Source of the DNA: Candidatus Omnitrophota bacterium
GTDB lineage: Bacteria > Omnitrophota > Gorgyraeia > JAHJTE01
DNA length: 64,000 nt
Direction: 5' to 3'
Assembly: GCA_018830005.1 (NCBI GenBank)
Contig: JAHJTE010000001.1
Location: forward strand, 1,332 to 65,331
The notes beneath the pieces were generated by a model. The model did no database searches. It was not told the origin of the DNA and saw only the letters and a program-made list of their open reading frames with translations. Within the stretch, counting starts at the first letter, position 1; the number at the start of each line of letters is the position of its first letter. Positions 59,491 through 64,000 of this stretch are shown one piece after another. A program made the position numbers and the translations under genes.

Positions 59491-61235
59491 TGGGTAAAAG
59501 GCAAGGCAAGATTGTAGGCATAACCGGGAACATGGTAGTTGCAGAATTTGATGACTATGTTGTGCAAAACGAAGTCGCTTTTATTCTGCACGGGAAAGAG
59601 CGCCTAAAATCAGAGGTAATACGCGTAAAGGGCAATAAAGCAGAACTTCAGGTCTACGAAGATACCAAAGGCCTAAAGGCTGGAGAAAGAGTCGAATTTA
59701 GCGATGAGCTTCTTTCAGTTGAACTAGGACCGGGTCTTTTGGGACAGATTTTTGATGGACTCCAGAATCCCCTGCCGCAGCTTGCCCAAAAGTGTGGGTT
59801 TTTCTTAAAGCGCGGCGTATATTTAGAGGCATTGCCAGATGAAAATAAGTGGGAGTTTCATCCTGTTGCAAAGCGAGGCGATAAACTAAAATCAGGTGAT
59901 AAACTTGGTTTTGTGAAGGAAGGCATGATTGAGCATTGGATTATGGTTCCCTTTGCATTAAGCGGCCAATTACAAGTAGAGACTATTGTCAGCAAAGGCA
60001 AATTTAATTTAAAGCAGGCAATCGCAAAGCTTAAAGATGAAAGCGGCAAGATACATGAGGCTACTATGCAGCAGATCTGGCCGGTTAAGATACCAATAAC
60101 AGCTTATGCTGAGAAATTAAAACCCCAGACGCCTTTGGTTACAAATATTAGAATAGTTGATACATTGATGCCAGTGTCTTTAGGAGGCACTTATTGTATT
60201 CCGGGTCCTTTTGGTTCAGGAAAGACCGTACTGCAGCAGTTGATTAGTAAGCATGCAGAGGTTGATATTGTGGTTATAGCTGCTTGCGGAGAAAGGGCGG
60301 GTGAGGTTGTTGAAACGTTGAGGACATTCCCAGAGTTAAAAGACCCCCGCACCAATAGGCCGCTGATGGAGCGCACGGTTATTATCTGTAATACCAGCTC
60401 CATGCCGGTTTCTGCTAGAGAGTCTAGCGTCTATACCGCAGTTACGATCGCAGAATACTATAGACAAATGGGCCTTAAGGTATTGTTGTTAGCTGATTCT
60501 ACTTCACGCTGGGCACAGGCAATGCGCGAGATGTCAGGTCGCCTGGAAGAGATTCCAGGAGAAGAGGCATTTCCTGCTTATCTTGAGACAAGGATCGCTT
60601 CTTTTTATGAACGGGCAGGACTGGTAAGACTGCATGATGGCAGCCTTGGCTCTGTAACAATAGGCGGTACAGTTAGCCCTGCAGGCGGGAACTTCGAAGA
60701 GCCAGTTACTCAGGCAACACTAAAGGTGGTAGGTGCATTCCACGGACTTTCACGCGATCGCTCAAATGCAAGAAAATACCCAGCAATAGATCCCTTAGAG
60801 AGCTGGAGTAAATACAAGAGTTTTATCGACGATAAAGAGAGACAAAAAGCCCAGGCCATCTTAAGAAGGGGCCATGAGGTAAATCAGATGATGAAGGTTG
60901 TGGGAGAAGAAGGCACTTCGCTTCTTGATTTTATTACTTATTTAAAAGGAGAATTCCTTGATTCGGTTTATTTGCAGCAGAATGCCTTTGATGAAGTGGA
61001 TGCCGCTACAATTGCCGAAAGGCAAAAACACACATTCCATACAATTTATAAAATCTTAGAGAGAGATTTCCAGCTTGGGGATAAAGATACTGCTAGAAGT
61101 TTCTTCCAGAATCTAAGCCAGAAATTTATAGAATGGAACTCCATTGAATGGAAAACAGATGCATTTTCTGCAAAAGAAAAAGAAATAGAGAAGTTAATAA
61201 GCGAAAAGGAAAAGGCAGGATCCGCCAATGCATAA
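59490..61235 (+). CDS. V/A-type ATP synthase subunit A
   Basis: [41 protein letters not shown]; ATG 59490 preferred. Confidence 0.96.
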   Translation: MGKRQGKIVGITGNMVVAEFDDYVVQNEVAFILHGKERLKSEVIRVKGNKAELQVYEDTKGLKAGERVEFSDELLSVELGPGLLGQIFDGLQNPLPQLAQKCGFFLKRGVYLEALPDENKWEFHPVAKRGDKLKSGDKLGFVKEGMIEHWIMVPFALSGQLQVETIVSKGKFNLKQAIAKLKDESGKIHEATMQQIWPVKIPITAYAEKLKPQTPLVTNIRIVDTLMPVSLGGTYCIPGPFGSGKTVLQQLISKHAEVDIVVIAACGERAGEVVETLRTFPELKDPRTNRPLMERTVIICNTSSMPVSARESSVYTAVTIAEYYRQMGLKVLLLADSTSRWAQAMREMSGRLEEIPGEEAFPAYLETRIASFYERAGLVRLHDGSLGSVTIGGTVSPAGGNFEEPVTQATLKVVGAFHGLSRDRSNARKYPAIDPLESWSKYKSFIDDKERQKAQAILRRGHEVNQMMKVVGEEGTSLLDFITYLKGEFLDSVYLQQNAFDEVDAATIAERQKHTFHTIYKILERDFQLGDKDTARSFFQNLSQKFIEWNSIEWKTDAFSAKEKEIEKLISEKEKAGSANA

Positions 61236-62523
61236 AATATATAATCGCATAACGCAGATAGCAGGTAACGTTGTAACCGTTGAAGCAAGGGATATAGGCT
61301 ACAAAGACCTGGCTGAGATATCTTCCAAGAACGCTAAATCCTTAGCCCAGGTAATTAGGATAGATGGAGAGCGCATCTATTTACAGGTTTTTGCTGGAAG
61401 CCGGGGTGTTTCAACTGGTGATCGAGTAAGATTTCTAGGTCATGCGATGAGGGTCTCCTTTAGTGAGAATCTCCTAGGCAGAATCTTTACCGGCGCAGGC
61501 CTACCTCGAGATAATGGCCCGGCATTAAGTGAGAATATGATAGAGATTGGCGGCCCGCCTGTAAATCCGGCAAAAAGGATTATTCCGCGGCGTATGGTGC
61601 GTACAGGCATACCCATGATCGATGTGTTTAATAGCCTGGTGGAATCTCAGAAGCTACCTATTTTCTCTGTGCCGGGAGAGCCTTATAATGAGGTCTTGGT
61701 GCGGATTGCAATGCAGGCAGAGGTAGATTTGATAATCTTAGGCGGTATGGGTCTAAAATATGATGATTATCTTTTCTTCCGGGACACATTGAATGCGCAC
61801 GGTTCATTATCACGTTCAATATTTTTTGTGCACACTGCATCAGATCCTACTGTAGAGTGCCTCCTAGTTCCAGATATAAGTTTAGCCGTTGCTGAGCAGT
61901 TTGCACTTAGCGGCAAACGCGTCTTAGTGCTCCTTAGTGATATGACAAATTTTGCCGATGCCTTAAAGGAAATATCTATTACCATGGAGCAGATTCCTTC
62001 AAACAGGGGCTATCCGGGTGATTTATACAGCCAGCTGGCCTCACGCTATGAAAAGGCTGTTGATTTTGATACTGCCGGCTCTATTACTATTCTAGCGGTT
62101 ACTACAATGCCGGGAGATGATGTTACCCATCCCATACCTGATAATACTGGATATATAACGGAAGGACAGTTCTACTTAAGAAACAAGTCTATTGAGCCTT
62201 TTGGTTCTTTGAGTCGGCTTAAACAGCTAGTAAATGGCAAGACAAGAAAAGATCACAGGACTGTTATGGACAGGATGATTCAGTTTTTTGCTGATTATCG
62301 CTCAACATTAGAAAAACAGGCCATGGGATTTCAGATGAGCCAATGGGATAAGAAACTCCTGCGTTATGGAAAGAGCTTCCAGGAGAAAATGATGAATCTT
62401 TCTGTAAATATATCACTTGAAGAGGCCTTGGATTTAGGTTGGCAGATTATGGCAGAGGCCTTTCAGCCTTTTGAGACGGGTATAAAGTCAGAACTTATCG
62501 AGGAATTCTGGCCCAAGAAATAA
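61228..62523 (+). CDS. V/A-type ATP synthase subunit B
   Basis: [43 protein letters not shown]. Confidence 0.96.
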   Translation: MHKIYNRITQIAGNVVTVEARDIGYKDLAEISSKNAKSLAQVIRIDGERIYLQVFAGSRGVSTGDRVRFLGHAMRVSFSENLLGRIFTGAGLPRDNGPALSENMIEIGGPPVNPAKRIIPRRMVRTGIPMIDVFNSLVESQKLPIFSVPGEPYNEVLVRIAMQAEVDLIILGGMGLKYDDYLFFRDTLNAHGSLSRSIFFVHTASDPTVECLLVPDISLAVAEQFALSGKRVLVLLSDMTNFADALKEISITMEQIPSNRGYPGDLYSQLASRYEKAVDFDTAGSITILAVTTMPGDDVTHPIPDNTGYITEGQFYLRNKSIEPFGSLSRLKQLVNGKTRKDHRTVMDRMIQFFADYRSTLEKQAMGFQMSQWDKKLLRYGKSFQEKMMNLSVNISLEEALDLGWQIMAEAFQPFETGIKSELIEEFWPKK

Positions 62524-62524
62524 T

Positions 62525-63142
62525 ATGGCAAAGATTAAATTTACAAAAGGTGAACTAAAAAGACAACGTGATAGCTTGAAGCAGTTTGAGCATTATCTTC
62601 CGATTCTGCAGCTAAAAAAGCAACAGCTACAGATCGAGATTCAACACGTGCATGAAAGATTGGATTTGAAATTAAATGAGATAAGTAGTTCAAAGGCTGC
62701 GATAAGTATCTGGGCAGGATTATTGAATGAAGGCCAGAAGGATATAGTTGCTTGGATAACCCCCAAAGAGATTATTACCAAAAAGTTCAATATCGCAGGT
62801 GTTGATATACCTTTGTTTGTACGCGTGAATTTTGCAGATAGTGAATATGATTTATTTCTAACACCATTATGGGTAGATATCGCTATTGAGAAAATCAGGC
62901 AGCTTGTAGTTTTATATGAGCAAGAGAAGATATTTCGTTCTCAACTAGAGATCCTGGAGCATGAATTAAGACTGACAGCCCAGAGGGTTAATTTGTTCGA
63001 AAAGGTAAAGATACCTGAGGCAAGAGAGAACGTGCGTATTATAAAGATTTATTTGGGCGATCAGCAGACAAACGCGGTTGGCCGCTCAAAGATTGCCAAG
63101 AAAAAAACTGAGAGCTTAGTTTTAGAGGAAGCCGTCTTATGA
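62525..63142 (+). CDS. V/A-type ATP synthase subunit D
   Basis: TKGEL, LQLKKQQL, NIAGV..P, QRVNLFEKVKIP. Confidence 0.94.
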   Translation: MAKIKFTKGELKRQRDSLKQFEHYLPILQLKKQQLQIEIQHVHERLDLKLNEISSSKAAISIWAGLLNEGQKDIVAWITPKEIITKKFNIAGVDIPLFVRVNFADSEYDLFLTPLWVDIAIEKIRQLVVLYEQEKIFRSQLEILEHELRLTAQRVNLFEKVKIPEARENVRIIKIYLGDQQTNAVGRSKIAKKKTESLVLEEAVL

Positions 63143-64000
63143 TCGTAGGAATGAAGAAGATAACAGTTTTGGTGCAGACAAAAGATGTCGAGCCTACGCT
63201 TAAGGTCTTGGCAGGAGCAGGCGTCTTGCATATAGAGCATCAGAGAGCGCCTCGAAGCGAAAGCGTTTCAAGGCTAGAAGAAAATCTTAAATCATTATCA
63301 AAGGCAATAGAGACCTTGCCTGTTGTTCAGGTTCAAGAAAACACAGTCCCTGATTACAACCAGGCCTCTGAGGGAATCCTTGCCCTGCTTGAGGCAAGAG
63401 AGGTCATTAGAGAGGATCTAAAGAAGATAAAAAAGAATATAGATCTCTGGAGGGAATGGGGAGATTTTCCGCCAAAACTTATAGAGGAGTTGAAGGATAG
63501 CGATATCCGGATATATCTAGCTAAATTAAATAAGAAGCAGCTCTCCCAGGTGCCGCAAGAAGTAGTCTTAGAGGAAATTTTTAAAAAAGGAAACATATTT
63601 TATTGTGCACTTATATCAAAAAATAAAACAACCTTGCCTTTTGAGACTCTTTCCTTGCCAAATGAAGGCTTAAACGAGATGATCCTTAAGCTAGAAAGGG
63701 CAGAAAGTGAAATAGCCCAGATAGAGAAAAGATTATTTGAGTTTGCAAAATATAAAAACGCACTTTCCTCTTACAGGCAAAGACTCAAATCCTTACTTGA
63801 ATTTCACGGCGTACGCGCAGGCATGGGTAGTTTTGCAAGACTTGCCTACCTAAAAGGTTATTGCCCTGACTATAGCGTTAAGACATTAGAGCAATTAGCA
63901 GAAAGAGAAAAATGGGGCCTACTTATTGAAGAGCCGGATAAATTGGATAATGTTCCTACCTTGATAAAGAACCCGCGCTGGATTCAAATAATAGAACCAG
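63139..64000 (+). CDS. V/A-type ATP synthase subunit I, N-terminal part (runs off window)
   Basis: Manual translation MIVGMKKITVLV...GVLHIE...WGDF...LKGYCP...VPTLIKNP; ATGA overlap with subunit D. Confidence 0.9.
   Translation, partial: MIVGMKKITVLVQTKDVEPTLKVLAGAGVLHIEHQRAPRSESVSRLEENLKSLSKAIETLPVVQVQENTVPDYNQASEGILALLEAREVIREDLKKIKKNIDLWREWGDFPPKLIEELKDSDIRIYLAKLNKKQLSQVPQEVVLEEIFKKGNIFYCALISKNKTTLPFETLSLPNEGLNEMILKLERAESEIAQIEKRLFEFAKYKNALSSYRQRLKSLLEFHGVRAGMGSFARLAYLKGYCPDYSVKTLEQLAEREKWGLLIEEPDKLDNVPTLIKNPRWIQIIEP

Overview
Core chromosomal segment of an anaerobic diderm bacterium, centred on the replication origin. Gene content suggests a PVC-superphylum lineage such as Ca. Omnitrophota; this is inference only. 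Gene orientation switches at about 31.4 kb between rpmH and dnaA. Left arm (all minus strand): gltX (partial), a four-subunit 2-oxoacid:ferredoxin oxidoreductase, an AbiEii-type toxin with an XRE partner behind two perfect palindromes, dxs, xseAB, a PilZ protein, ymdB, rny, 5-formyl-THF cyclo-ligase, iscU, a MetV-like protein, rarA, 6S RNA, pheST, a Trk K+ uptake cluster, thrS-infC-rpmI-rplT, a second nucleotidyltransferase pair, three tRNAs, coaC, rpoZ, gmk, yicC, ndk, parAB preceded by a free-standing LAGLIDADG gene and tandem parS-like sites, a stand-alone Jag_N, yidC, yidD and rpmH (rnpA is missing from its usual slot). Right arm: dnaA, dnaN, DUF721, gyrB (mini-intein), gyrA (full LAGLIDADG intein), tRNA-Glu, glmS, rsmI, a c-di-GMP-I riboswitch-controlled acidic secreted protein beside an AlgE-like porin, a PyrR-attenuated pyr cluster interleaved with DNA-repair genes (an EndoQ-family PHP nuclease with its own LAGLIDADG intein, mutM), tRNA-Arg, and a V/A-type ATPase operon running off the window. 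Strongest leads: the EndoQ intein, the parS-LAGLIDADG-parAB arrangement, the riboswitch/acidic protein/porin module and a dispersed family of GAAATTY hairpin elements. All calls come from reading motifs by eye; no searches or folding programs were run.
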